Notes under the pieces: generated by a model
Told to the model about the DNA's origin: nothing
Databases searched by the model: none
What the model saw: the letters and a program-made list of their open reading frames with translations, nothing else
In this document: piece by piece, positions 1 through 10,872 of the stretch
Layout: the number at the start of each line of letters is the position of its first letter
Numbering within the stretch: the first letter of the stretch is position 1
From: Phoronis australis
Lineage: Eukaryota > Animalia > Phoronida
Length of the DNA stretch: 64,000 bases
NCBI GenBank assembly: GCA_002633005.1
Contig: NMRA01000621.1
Coordinates: 123,232-187,231 of the forward strand
Direction of reading: 5' to 3'
Program-made: the position numbers and the translations under genes

Positions 1-1
1 G

Positions 2-400
2 CCTGGCATAGTGAAATATGACGTCATTAGCAGGCGAAACGACAAAACCTTTTTTCAAAAGTCTCTTTTATAGCTATAAAGTTGGAGTTTTGCGTTTTCT
101 CATAGGGTTCATTTTGTTGCCACACTCGATCGATTGTTATGGATATGACGTAATTAGCGTGCGAAACGTACCTTCCCTTTTGAATCCAACCCCACCCCCC
201 CGCAAATGCACCCACACCTATAGCAATTTTCCCCCAATCCGTATCCGCCAGAATTCGGGTCATTTTTTCACGGAGTCATTATTTATGCTACCCTGGCATA
301 GTGGGGCATGACGTCATCAGCGGGTGAAACGACAAAACCTTTTTTAAAAATCTCTTTTAACTAAGTTGGAGTTTTGCGTTTTCTCATTGGGTTCATTTTT
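2..400. repeat. Tandem duplication, ~290-bp period (truncated by window start)
   Basis: cctggcatagtg...tgacgtcat.agc.gg.gaaacgacaaaaccttttt...gttggagttttgcgttttctcat.gggttcatttt occurs at ~2-115 and again at ~292-400. Confidence 0.75.
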
Positions 401-719
401 GGCCTCTTGCGAACGTTAGTTAGTTTGCGTTTGCGAGAAGACAACACGTGTTCTCTCGCGAACGTGACCCCGTTCGCGAGAACAACGCCGGTCCTCTCGC
501 GAACGTGAGTTCATTGGCGGACATCTTGGATTGAGGAAAAACGCTCGGGAGGCGAATATAATTTGTCGCGTATCTTCTCAAATGTTGTAGATTTCACGAA
601 AAAGTGAGAGTGGAGTGGCGCGCGTGATCCATGAGAGTGGGCAATTGTATATTGCGACACTTCATTTTATTTTTTAAACATTCCTGACAGAATTTGAAAT
701 GGGACCAAGTTATCCGACT

Positions 720-926
720 ATTACCCTTTCTTCCAATACCGTTCACAGTGTCCTGTTCCGGCGACTTCGTGAGAAATTCGCAGTCAAAAAACAAAAATGT
801 TCACAAAAAGCCCAAACACATTTCCATCTTGGACGGCTCGAGGTCAAGGACGGCACGGAAATTACCGATGAGTTACGGATGGATGGCGTTATCGACATCG
901 TGACTTTACGCGACAAACTGGCAATT
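720..926 (+). mobile_element. Single arm of the fold-back MITE family seen complete at 9020-9415
   Basis: Shares tcctg.tcc.g...ttcgc.gtcaaa..acaaaaatgttc.caaaaag.cc...tcgaggtcaaggacg..acgg with 9050-9170; it abuts the truncated 3' end of the LINE. Confidence 0.6.
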
Positions 927-1836
927 TCATTTGGGACACAGTGAACATGCCATATGGCTTGTGATGTTACGGTGCCGAGCTAGGTTGCAGTGTCCAGTAA
1001 TAACCTGGATCAGCTGCCTTATAGCAAGCCTATCTAAACATAGCAGTTTCTTTGAACCTTTTGGTTCAATAGGACTTGGAAAAAGTTGTTTGGTTTGTCT
1101 GCAGGCAGAGAGCTTTCTCCATGCATTCACGGACAGTTTATGCACCCAGTGTCTTACCTTTGCTCTGCAGCACCTATAGGCAACTGGTGTGCAAGGTTCT
1201 GGTACAAAACAGGGTGTACTTGCTCCTTCATTTGCAAGTTTGTCAGCAGCTTCGTTACCGTCAATGCCAACATGGGCTTTAACCCAGTTCACATGAACAG
1301 TTCTACTAGCTGATAGGTGGTTGAGCTCGTTTACACAGGCCAGGACACAATGGGAGCTGATCTTGGGCTTAGGTGGAGCTTTAATAGCTGCTTGGCTGTC
1401 TGAGAGCAGAAAGAGTTCATTGTTTCCAAGGACTGCTTCATGCTCCCTTGCCAGTTGGGCAGCCTGGTGAATGGCGACATTTTCCTCTTGAAATGCTGTA
1501 ACGGTGTTACCCAGTGAGTTCCAGCTTTCTTTGTCATCACCTGCAAGGTCTGGAAAGTAAATTCCTGATCCTGACTGTCCGTTGTCAAGTTTAGAGCCAT
1601 CAGTGTAACAAACGGACTCTTGGTCATTGTAATCAATGATTTCGTGACCATCTCCAATTTATGTATAGGAATTATGTCTGTGATTTAGGGTCGTCACTGA
1701 AACATCACTTGGCATTGCCAAAAGTGTTCCAGTTTCTCACATTAACCTGTTGCAATCATTATATATGACTCTTAAGTCAACAGTGTCGATGATTCGCACA
1801 TTACTCCACTGCCCATTACACTTCATACAGTAAGCT

Positions 1837-2705
1837 CAGGGCTCAACATTAACTTTAAGCCACTTGACCTTCTGGCAAGTAGTTGAAACTTTTACTTGCC
1901 CAAACAAAAAATTCACTTGCCCCAAGTACAATCCCAAATAGCACCATGCATGTGCACACCTAGGTAATGTGTTACAGTAGGGCTGCCTGGGCACATCCTC
2001 CTCTTGTGTTGTGCATGCTATATACATGAGTTATTTTTTTAACGATTCTTCTTATAGAACATTTACTTATAAGGTGTGTCAAAACACTACAGAGACAAAT
2101 TAGAACAGTAACTATGGTATCTGAACCACTGTCTCACGTTCACAGGCGCCGAAATGAGCTAGGACATGAACTCTAGTCACTTCTGTGTATTCATTAGTTT
2201 ATAGGTATAAATAAATGTTCTATATGAAGAATCGTTAAAAAAATAGCAACCAGGGGTGGATCCAGGATTTTGAGTTAGGGGGGCCAGGGCACAGAATAAC
2301 CAGAATTTCTGCAGATACGCGCACCCAGGCTAAATTGTGGAGACGCAGAGGCCTCGAATGAGGACCTGTTGACTAACAAAAAAAGGTAAACGGGGTTTGT
2401 TCAGGGCCTATGCGTTGTATATCACCCCCTATGAGCCCCTGCTTGCGCGCACCCGAACTCCCAAATGGTATCTGGTAGAATTTTAGGGGGAGCCATGGCC
2501 CCCCTAAATCCGCCACTGGCAACTCATGTATTCAGCATGCACGACACAAGAGGAGGCTCAGCACAGGCAGCCCTACGGTAACACATTGCCTAGGTGTGCA
2601 CATGCACGGTGCTATTTGGGATTGTACTTGGGGCAAGTGAATTTGTTTTTCGGGTAAGTAAAAATTTCAACTACTTGTGGCCTAAAAAGTTAATTTTGAG
2701 CCCTG
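1837..2705. mobile_element. Non-autonomous fold-back DNA transposon with ~230-bp inverted arms (CAGGG termini)
   Basis: Termini cagggctcaacattaact / agttaattttgagccctg; 1876-2070 is the reverse complement of 2200-2245 plus 2519-2678. No TSD is visible and the flanking RT sequence is deleted. Confidence 0.85.
2251..2518 (-). mobile_element. MITE family A (CAGTGGCGGAT...ATCCGCCCCTG), 5-bp TSD GCAAC
   Basis: Ends caggggtggatcc / aaatccgccactg, flanked by gcaac at 2246-2250 and 2519-2523; homologous to 7774-8071, 13538-13883 and 44333-44484. Confidence 0.85.
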
Positions 2706-4068
2706 GATAGCGTCATGTTTATTGTAGCTGAAGGCACCAACAATATCGATGAAAGTGCCAAGAGCAAACATTTTATTACATACAGCATTTTTAAGCTGTC
2801 TGACAAGGTGATGAAGAGCAGTCTCTGTAGAAAAGCCAGCTCTGTAAGCGTACTGATTTCTCAGAAGTCTACTCATAACATCTTGCCTTTCTAATTGCCA
2901 CAGAACCAGTTTCTCATGACCTTTCAAGAAGAAGGATGTTAGAGTTATAGGTCTGAAGGAGTAAGTTTTGAAGTAAGAATCCTTGCCAGGTTTGGGAATA
3001 AAAACAACCCTTGCCTTAGTCCAGGTTTCAGGGACAGGATTTGGAAAAGCTTCGTTCCTGCTTCTTGCAGCATCTTAGGAAACACCATGTCTTGCCCGGG
3101 GGCCTTCCATGGTTTAAAAGACATGAGGGCCAATTTAACAAGATGAGTATTAACCATCTCATCAACAAAGTCCATATGGATTTCCTGTTCTTGCTCGTTA
3201 CGTAATACTTCTCTAGTTCCATGACCAGGGATCACACTACCGGGATAGTGTTTATCCAACATGGCCCTGAGAGTTTTCCCAGGTGAACTGGTGTATGAAC
3301 CGTCTTTTCGTTGGACAGTCTCCCAACTGAGCAGTCTTGTCCTTCAGAATCTGAACAAGTTTTGCCGTTGCTGACAAACTTGAAGATTGCTGGCAAAAGT
3401 TTCTCCAGGAGCTCCTTTTTGCCCTACGAGTAGCGGACTTGAAGATTCTGTTTGCCTGACGGTAGGCGTTCCAGTCCTCTTCAGTGTCTGCTCGCTGGGC
3501 AATCCGATGAGCTTTCTTCGCCTTCTTCTGAAGAGATGCAAGTTATTTGGTCCACCATATCTGACGATTAGGTTTACCAGTAAGCCTCACCATCTTCATC
3601 GGACAGGCAGCATTGATGGAATTAGTCAGCACAACTGTGACATTATTTGCCAGCGAATCAACATCAGTAAAAGTGTTGAGAGTTCCACTGTCCAGGTTAT
3701 CAAATGAATTAGAACAATCTTCATTGAAGGTGTGCCAATCAGCCTTTTTGAAATCCCTGTATTCAGTGAAGAAGGGGATAGCCATCTCAAACCTGATATA
3801 TCTGTAATCAGAGAGAGAGGACAAAGGGTCAACTCTCCAGTTCTTCACCAGATCTGCTACAGGTATCAGTGTTCTCTAAGACCAGTTTTGACTCGACGCA
3901 GCAACGAATTTAAATTTTGCTGCGTCGAGTTTGGAGAATGCACGTCGAGTTTGAAAAGTGCCGCGACAAGTTAAAACTTTGGCTGGCTTGGCACTTTTGC
4001 CCTCAGAATAAACAATGAGGGTGAAGTAACCAACTTAAGTCATAGTTCCTACTACATATATGACCTAA

Positions 4069-6897
4069 TTTTTATGCACCCACATATTTATATGTGGACG
4101 CATTATGCCGTCATCTCCGTCCGTCCGTACGGGCGGCGTCCGTCCGGCGTCCGCTGCTCTATCCCCAAAACCCTTTGACCTATGTTCATGAAATTTGGCA
4201 CATATGTTCCATTCATGAATGGGATGGCATGTGCGAACTTTCAGACGGATCCGACTACCGGTGTGCCCCCTAGTGGCAATTTTATTTTTTTACGCTTACC
4301 TTTGTATCTTCAAAAGTCCTGAACGGATTTTCATGAAATTTAGTATGTAGGCACCTATTAGTGAGATGACACTATCCTCCCCTTTTCAGATGGATTCGAC
4401 AAAGTTTGCGCCACCTAGTGGCCATTTTTAGTGTTTTCAAGTCTGTTTTTATGCGTCAACCCCTCTATCAACCAAACCGCTCAAAGGATGATTGTGAAAA
4501 TTGGCATGTATATGCTTACTGTGTAGAGGACGGTTGATGATGATTTTCCGACGATTTTGACTACCGTGGCGCCTCCTAGTGGCAGTTTTGTTTTTGTTTT
4601 TTTCGCCTATGGCTGTATCTCCTAAACCGTTCGCAGAATCTTTGCGAAATTGTGTAAGTATATTTATATGGTGTTAACAACGGAACATGACGACTTTCGG
4701 ACGGATCCGACTACCGATGTGCCCCCTAGTGGCAATTTTAGTTTTTACGCTTACCTTTGTATCTTCAAAAGTCCTGAACGGATTTTCATGAAATTTGGTG
4801 TGTAGGCACTTAGTAGTAAGATGACGCTATCCTCCCGTTTTCAGATGGATTCGACATAGTTTGCACCACCTAGTGGCCATTTTTAGTGTTTTCGAGTCTG
4901 TTTTTGTGCGTCAACCCCTCTATCAACCAAACCGCTCAAAGGATGATTGTGAAAATTGGCATGTATATGCTTACCATGTAGTGGACGGTTGACGATGATT
5001 TTCCGACGATTTCGACTACTGTGGCGCCTCCTAGTGGCAGGTTTTTTTCCGCCTATCGCTGTATCTCCTAAACCGTTCGCAGGATCTTTACGAAATTGTG
5101 TACGTATATTTATATGATGTTAACAACGGAACATGACGACTTTCGGACAGATCCGACTACCGATGTGCCCCCTAGTGGCAATTTTAGTTTTTTACGCTTA
5201 CCTTTGTATCTTCAAAAGTCCTGAACGGATTTTCATGAAATTTGGTATGTAGTCACCTATTAGTAAGATGACGCTATCCTCCCGTTTTCAGATGGATTCG
5301 ACATAGTTTGCGCCACCTAGTGGCCATTTTTAGTGTTTTCGAGTCTGTTTTTGTGCGTCAACCCCTCTATCAACCAAACCGCTCAAAGGATGATTGTGAA
5401 AATTGGCATGTATATGCTTACCATGTAGAGGACGGTTGACGATGATTTTCCGACGATTTCGACTACTGTGGCGCCTCCTAGTGGCAGTTTTTTTTTTCAC
5501 CTATCGCTGTATCTCCTAAACCGTTCGCAGGATCTTTACGAAATTGTGTAAGTGTATTTATATGATGTTAACAACGGAACATGACGACTTTTGGACAGAT
5601 CCGACTACCGGTGTGCCCCCTAGTGGCAATTTTAGGTTTTTACGCTTACCTTTGTATCTTCAAAAGTCCTGAACGGATTTTCATGAAATTTGGTATGTAG
5701 TCACCTATTAGTAAGATGACGCTATCCTCCCGTTTTCAGATGGATTCGACATAGTTTGCGCCACCTAGTGGCCATTTTTACTGTTTTCGAGTCTGTATTT
5801 TTGCGTCCACCCCTCTATCAACCAATCCGCTCAAAGGATGATTGTGAAAATTGGCATGTATGTGCTTATTATAAAGAAGACAGCTGACAATGATATTCAG
5901 ACGATTTGGATTACTGTGGCGCCTCCTAGTGCCTTTTTTTGCGCCTATGGCTCTATCTCCTAAAGCGTTCGCAGGATCTTTACGAAATTTAATAAGTGTA
6001 ATTATATGATGTTAACAACAGACGATGACGACTTTTGGACGGATCCGCCTACCAGTGTGCCCCCTAGTGGCAATTTTTTTTTTACGTTTACCTCTGTATC
6101 TTCACAAGTCCTTAACGGATTTTCATGAAATTTGGTGCGATGACGCTATCCTCCCGTTTTCGGATGGATTCGACCTAGTTTGCGACACCCAGTGGCCATT
6201 TTTACTGAGTTTGAGTCTGTTTTTTGACGTCCACCCCTCTATCAACCAAACCGCTCTAAGTATGATTGTGAAATTTGGCATGTATGTTCTTACTATAAAG
6301 AGGACGGTTGACGCTGAATTTCCCATGACTTTGAATACTGTGGCACCTCCTAGTGGCAGTTTTCTTTTGCGCCCATGGCTGTATCTCCCAAACCGTTTGT
6401 AGGATCTTTACTAAATTTAGCAAGTGTATTTATGTGATGTTGATAACGGACGATGACAACTTTAGGATGATTCTGACTACCGGTATGCCTCTAGTGGCAA
6501 TTTAAGTATTTCACATTGACCTCTGTATTTTTATAGGTCTTCAGGTGTATACTTTGTGTTACTTTGTGACTATGAAGGAAAAGTTCCAAGTAGAAATTTG
6601 TTTCTGGCATTCTAATGCTGTGCTAATCTCGTATGTTGGTAAATTTGTTTTTAATTCTATGTTTCTGTGGTGCTTTAAGCAACTGATGTATAGGATGTGC
6701 TTGTATTATGAAGATCACTCACATTTTGCCCCTAGCCTATTGAGGAGACAATGACCATGCCTTTCCATTTTGCAAAGTACAACATACTACATATATGCCC
6801 TCTACTGGCCACTTTATGGTACCAATAAACAACCCTAGAAGGATACCGTATACAGTGCAATTGTGGGTGCATTTCAACGCTCTGCGTTGCTCTTGTT
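4069..6897 (+). mobile_element. DINE-1/HINE-like non-autonomous Helentron
   Basis: T-rich start; subterminal inverted repeat atgcacccac (4074) / gtgggtgcat (6863); 5' hairpin ccacatat-tt-atatgtgg; (GTCC)n microsatellite at 4117-4152; central tandem array; 3' hairpin caacgc-tct-gcgttg (6875-6889) followed by tcttgtt. This is the canonical DINE-1 architecture. Confidence 0.85.
4240..6500. repeat. Satellite array: ~5 higher-order units of ~447 bp, each made of three ~150-bp monomers
   Basis: gatccgactacc recurs at ~4248, 4704, 5150, 5598, 6042 and 6470; cctagtgg recurs every ~141-161 bp; homogeneity decays toward the 3' end. Confidence 0.95.
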
Positions 6898-7450
6898 GTA
6901 ATAATTGAGTGTAAATTACTGCTTAAAAAATCTAAAGAAATTCCTTTTCTGACATAATTTTATAGTGTCAGGTACCTTACCTTAATTATTGACTAGACAG
7001 CAATATTATTTTAACTTTTAAAATTTTGCTCTTAAACCTGTAAATTAGCAATTTGATATGCTTAATTTAAAGGATTTTGATTTTGACTGACATTTGGTGG
7101 CGTATTAGAACTTATTCAACTGGACAACAGGTGTCCCAAATACTAGGTCACATCATTAGTAGTATTTAATAAGTAGAATTGATACTAGAATTGACATTTT
7201 TATTATTAATTTTTATTATTAAAGGAACTTATAACCTTTAGGTTGATTTTCTGAGTCTGTCATAAATGCTTTGGAGGACTTTTGGTGAAAAATTGGTAGG
7301 AAAGTCAAAAAGTAGGTCACACCAGTTCAGTGCACACTTTTAAAACGTATATGAAACACAGTGACCATGTTGTTAGGGAATGAACAGTGATTACTACTAA
7401 AAAAATTCGCGTGGAGTTTGGAATTTTTGATGTGGAGAACACTGGGTATA

Positions 7451-8780
7451 GACCCTATTCACGCCGACAGGAGGCGCATTCCAAAACGAGGCTCGCTGCG
7501 ATACCTCTGTTAGCTTATCAGCATAGTTCTGTGTTTCAGACCGTGCTGTTCCGCGAACGGCTAGAAAAATTACGGACATGCAACTGTCTGCTTCACAATC
7601 TCTAAAGACGTTGAGATTCGGAGGCGTTGGGTCGAAGCAAAATATGTCCGTGTAAAATTTATAAATGTTTTCGAAAAGTTAGATATTTTGTCGCATGTCG
7701 GTCAGCTGTTAAGCATCATCAAGATAGTAACGACCGGAGAATGGGCCAGCCAGGCTGTGTTTTCATGACTACGGATTTAGGGGGGGGGGCATGACCCCCC
7801 TAAAATTGTATCAGATCCCATTTTTGAGTTCGGGTGCGAATTGCTGACTAGCACACGTGCGCAACCAGGGCGGGTCTTGGGGGTGAATAAACAACGCATA
7901 GGCGCTGAATGAACCCCGTTTACCGTTTTTTTTAGTCAACAGGTCCGCAAAGCCAAGAATTCACGACCCCTGCATCCCCGGAGTTTAGGCTGGGCGCGCG
8001 CATCTGCCGAAATGCTGCTTATTCCTGTGCCCCGCCCCCCCCCCCAACTGAAAAACCTGGATCCGCCCCTGCTACGGGTTGAAACATTATAATTTTTTCT
8101 TTCCAAAAAGGACTGGGCCCTCAATCCCTCAAATTTGGGGCCCAATATCGGCCCTATTCCCCTCTCAAACATATTGAAATAATTTTTATTTTCAATTTCG
8201 AGCCTGGTTTTTTATTTTAATAAAAATATATTTAATAACATCAATTATTCTTTCAGACCAATGACAAATCAACTGTTAGTCCCAGTGAGTGCATAGGATC
8301 AGGCTATGCTTGATTTTAATATTCTTGATCAACAAATTAAACCAGATGTGACTAATTGCCCATGACAGACACCACTGTCGAATATGTCTTCAACTCGTCA
8401 ACAATACGAGCAGATGACCTGGTCTGCGTAGAAAGTATTTTGATCATCAATTTACAAGAAAAAACGTAACCCTGCATTCAGCATAATACCTAATCCGTAA
8501 CACTACGATCACCGCAATTTGGTCATATTTACTTTTCATGTTTCGAACCTAGTTTTCCGAAAAGAATTAACCCTTTCGTCAGAAAACTCTTTGGCGCCTT
8601 AACTTGTTCTCTAATGTAATTTTCTACGTCTCTGTGGTTAATTGTCGACACATCATTAAAATTTAATATCCAGGTTGGACTCGAAAGACCGGTTATTTAA
8701 CTCACGCAATGTCTACTTTCACTTTGTTTATCGCAGTGAGCCTCGCTTTGGATCTTAATGGCTGCCGCGTGAATAGAGTC
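7451..8780. mobile_element. Non-autonomous TIR element with ~55-bp imperfect TIRs, flanked by TATA
   Basis: gaccctattcacgc...ccaaaacgaggctcgctgcgata (7451-7503) versus tatcgcagtgagcctcgctttgg...gcgtgaatagagtc (8729-8780); tata at 7447-7450 and 8781-8784. Confidence 0.8.
7774..8071 (+). mobile_element. MITE family A copy with clipped left end, apparent TSD CTACG
   Basis: gatttagggggg...aaaacctggatccgcccctg; ctacg at 7769-7773 and 8072-8076. Confidence 0.75.
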
Positions 8781-8784
8781 TATA

Positions 8785-9004
8785 CTAGTCAAAGTAAGAT
8801 CTAGGGTCTCTTGGCGATTCTGAACAACAAAAGTGGGTGTGTGGCCTCTATTGCGAATATTCAGTTGAGTCTGATCTCTACCTTTTGACTGCCCAGCATG
8901 TGTGACCCATTTAGGAGTGTAAGACTCCTGCCGGTATAGCTCTAGAGGTCACTGAGATACACAAGCTGTTCCACCACGACGAGGCACACGCCTCCAGAAC
9001 AGCT
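8785..9004 (-). mobile_element. LINE endonuclease remnant (ETLDLTLTS, 8785-8810) preceded by an RTE/BovB-like 5' leader fragment
   Basis: Removing the intervening insertions restores the in-frame sequence TLDLTLTSIPVADLVKNWRV. The minus-strand cctcgtcgtggtgg..gcttgtgt..cagtgacc..gagctat resembles, from memory, RTE-clade 5' UTRs. Confidence 0.6.
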
Positions 9005-9019
9005 ACAAACCATTAGCAA

Positions 9020-9415
9020 TTGTTCTTTCTTCTAATACCATTTATGGTGTCCTGCTCCAGTGAGATCGCAACAAGTTCGCGGTCAAAGCACAAAAATGTT
9101 CCCAAAAAGTCCATGTGTACTTCCAAATTCGATTGTTCGAGGTCAAGGACGATACGGCAATTGCCGATTTATCACGGAATGTCAGAACATCGATAACTCC
9201 ACACTTAGCCAGAGGATTTCGTAACCTTCCCTGATGAACCGGCAATTGCCGTCCATCTGTAACTCATCGGATAATTCTGTATTATCCTTGACTTTGAACC
9301 ATCAAAGTAGGAAGTAAGCACGGGCTTTTGGGAACATTTTTGTGCTTTGACCGCAAATTTGTTGCGAATTTGTTGGAGCTGGACACCATGAATGGTATTA
9401 GAAGAAAGAAAGAAT
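9020..9415. mobile_element. Palindromic (fold-back) MITE, ~395 bp
   Basis: ttctttcttctaataccatttatggtgtcctgctcca pairs with tggagctggacaccatgaatggtattagaagaaagaa; imperfect pairing extends ~150 bp inward. Confidence 0.8.
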
Positions 9416-9666
9416 GCGACATTCCATGTGTTTTTGATGTCTCAAGGAAAATTTGCTGCCGAGCTACTCTGATTTGAAGCATCCATTCAGTAAAAAAATG
9501 TGTCTCAAACATTTGTATTGAAGTTTTAGGTCTTTTCAAACGAGGCTTGTCATTTTTAACATGTTTTTCATTAATTTTGCGAGAGTTCTGGTAAAGTTTT
9601 GGGTAGCTTTGACCTAGATTTCTTTGTTGGTGCAAATGTAATTCGTTCTCCAACTGTCCATTTCAG

Positions 9667-9790
9667 GTTAGTCTCTGAATCATTAAAAGGCGTTGATGGT
9701 GACAGGAAGTGCTTTCGACTAGTTGGTGGAGTCTTAGTAGAAAGGACAGTAAAAGACGTTTTACCAGCATTACTCTCAAACAAAGAACAG
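9667..9790 (+). CDS. PFDN2: Prefoldin subunit 2, penultimate coding exon
   Basis: tttcag|...|gtaatc boundaries; translates LVSESLKGVDGDRKCFRLVGGVLVERTVKDVLPALLSNKEQ, the hallmark PFDN2 motif (RKCxRxVGGVLVERTVKxVLPAL). Confidence 0.95.
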
Positions 9791-9901
9791 GTAATCCTGT
9801 TTTGTTCTGGCTTAATGTAATCTCAGTTTTCTAAGGTACAATTTGCGACCTGTTTTATTGTGGCAAATGCTCTAAATCAAATTTACTTTCTCCAAAGGAA
9901 C

Positions 9902-10057
9902 CAGGCGTGCATTCAGTAACGCTAGGACCCACGCTAGGTCCTAGCTAAAATCTAGTTTTAGTCACGTGCTCTCACTTGAAATACACGGAAACATCTCACG
10001 TAATCTCGAGAAGTCTTGCTTTTTAACGAGGTCCTAGCGTTACTGAACGGGAGGCTG
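9902..10057 (+). mobile_element. MITE family B (~156 bp)
   Basis: TIR core ttcagtaacgctaggacc / ggtcctagcgttactgaa; homologous copies at 19517-19644 (-) and 49749-49913 (+). Confidence 0.8.
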
Positions 10058-10458
10058 GTTTATTGCCCCTTTGAAGCTGTTGTGCACCTGCCTTCTGTGA
10101 AACAGAAAACTTTTGATTGAAACCAGATACAGGACTCCACTTGTCAATATACCAGCTGCTACTCCATCTAGTGTTCATCCTTGGAACTAGCCTATTTAGC
10201 TACCAATGTTGCTTTGGGTGCATTAAATGACTAGCCAGGTGAAGCCAATCTATTGAGTCTGGTCTCATGAAGTAGCACATAACCACCACAGTTGAGTATG
10301 TGGCTAATTGTGCAGCTGTGCCTAATTGCACAATTTATGTGCATGTGTTATTTTATCGACTATCAAGACTAAATAAATACTTTCTTAAAAATAAAGCTAT
10401 GAGTTCTAAAACTATATATTTGAGTGTGCATAATTTATCGAAATCTCTTTAATCTGGA

Positions 10459-10560
10459 GGAGACAGTATGGCTCAGTGGTTTGATCTCCGGACTCCTGTT
10501 TGGGAGACTCAGGTTCGAATCATGACTTTACTGGCAGTGGAAGACAAGCGATGTCTTGGG
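10459..10560 (+). mobile_element. tRNA-derived SINE head / tRNA-like remnant in the PFDN2 intron
   Basis: A-box tggctcagtgg (10469-10479) and B-box ggttcgaatc (10512-10521) at tRNA-like spacing; no intact acceptor stem. Confidence 0.5.
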
Positions 10561-10689
10561 CTGTGCTCATAATTTTTTTAAATCTTGATTTATATTTTGA
10601 ACTGACATGAAAAGTTCTAATTTGGTTGCATTTATTCTACTCTTTGCGTATAAGAATTTACAATACCTTGTAATTTTCCTGTTCTTTAG

Positions 10690-10872
10690 CTGTCCAAACT
10701 AGTAGAGGCACTCACTAAACAAATGGAGATGAAGGGCAAAGAAATCAACGAATACCGCGAGAAACACAGTATCAGAGTGCGTGGTGAGGACGACGGTCAA
10801 AAGGAGGCAGCACGGAGCAAGCCAGCAACGGCAAGCAGTAGTGGTGGAGTGTTGGTTGCAAAAGAGTCATAA
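10690..10872 (+). CDS. PFDN2: Prefoldin subunit 2, terminal coding exon
   Basis: ctttag| acceptor in phase 0; LSKLVEALTKQMEMKGKEINEYREKHSIRVRGEDDGQKEAARSKPATASSSGGVLVAKES*, with the typical KGKExNExREKH and C-terminal GVLV motifs. Confidence 0.95.
   Translation: MSKLVEALTKQMEMKGKEINEYREKHSIRVRGEDDGQKEAARSKPATASSSGGVLVAKES

Larger units (their letters stand above)
927..3866 (-). mobile_element. Decayed non-LTR retrotransposon ORF2 (APE endonuclease - RT - RNase H; LOA/I-group-like)
   Basis: Frameshifted ORF pieces in the correct order: endonuclease C-terminus KNWRV..SLSDYRYIRF (3543-3848), RT LMSFKPWKAPGQD (2945-3262), QYAYRAGFSTETALH..FIDIVGAF (2682-2927), RNase H WVKAHVGIDGNEAADKLA and TGHC..C..C (927-1292). 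The RT core (YADD region) is missing at the 1837-2705 insertion. Confidence 0.9.
3867..7444. mobile_element. Non-autonomous TIR element (CAGTGTTCTC TIR, 5-bp TSD GGTAT) hosting a Helentron-like insertion
   Basis: cagtgttctc at 3867-3876 and gagaacactg at 7435-7444; ggtat at 3862-3866 and 7445-7449; subterminal cgt(c/g)gagtttg repeats and a 14-bp-stem hairpin at 3891-3930. Confidence 0.8.

Noticed and set aside
6025-6402. 125-aa ORF
   Set aside because: Lies within the satellite array; chance open frame.
10459-10535. Functional tRNA gene
   Set aside because: A/B boxes are present but there is no acceptor stem or clean cloverleaf; treated as SINE-like. A weaker B-box near 22027 was not reported.
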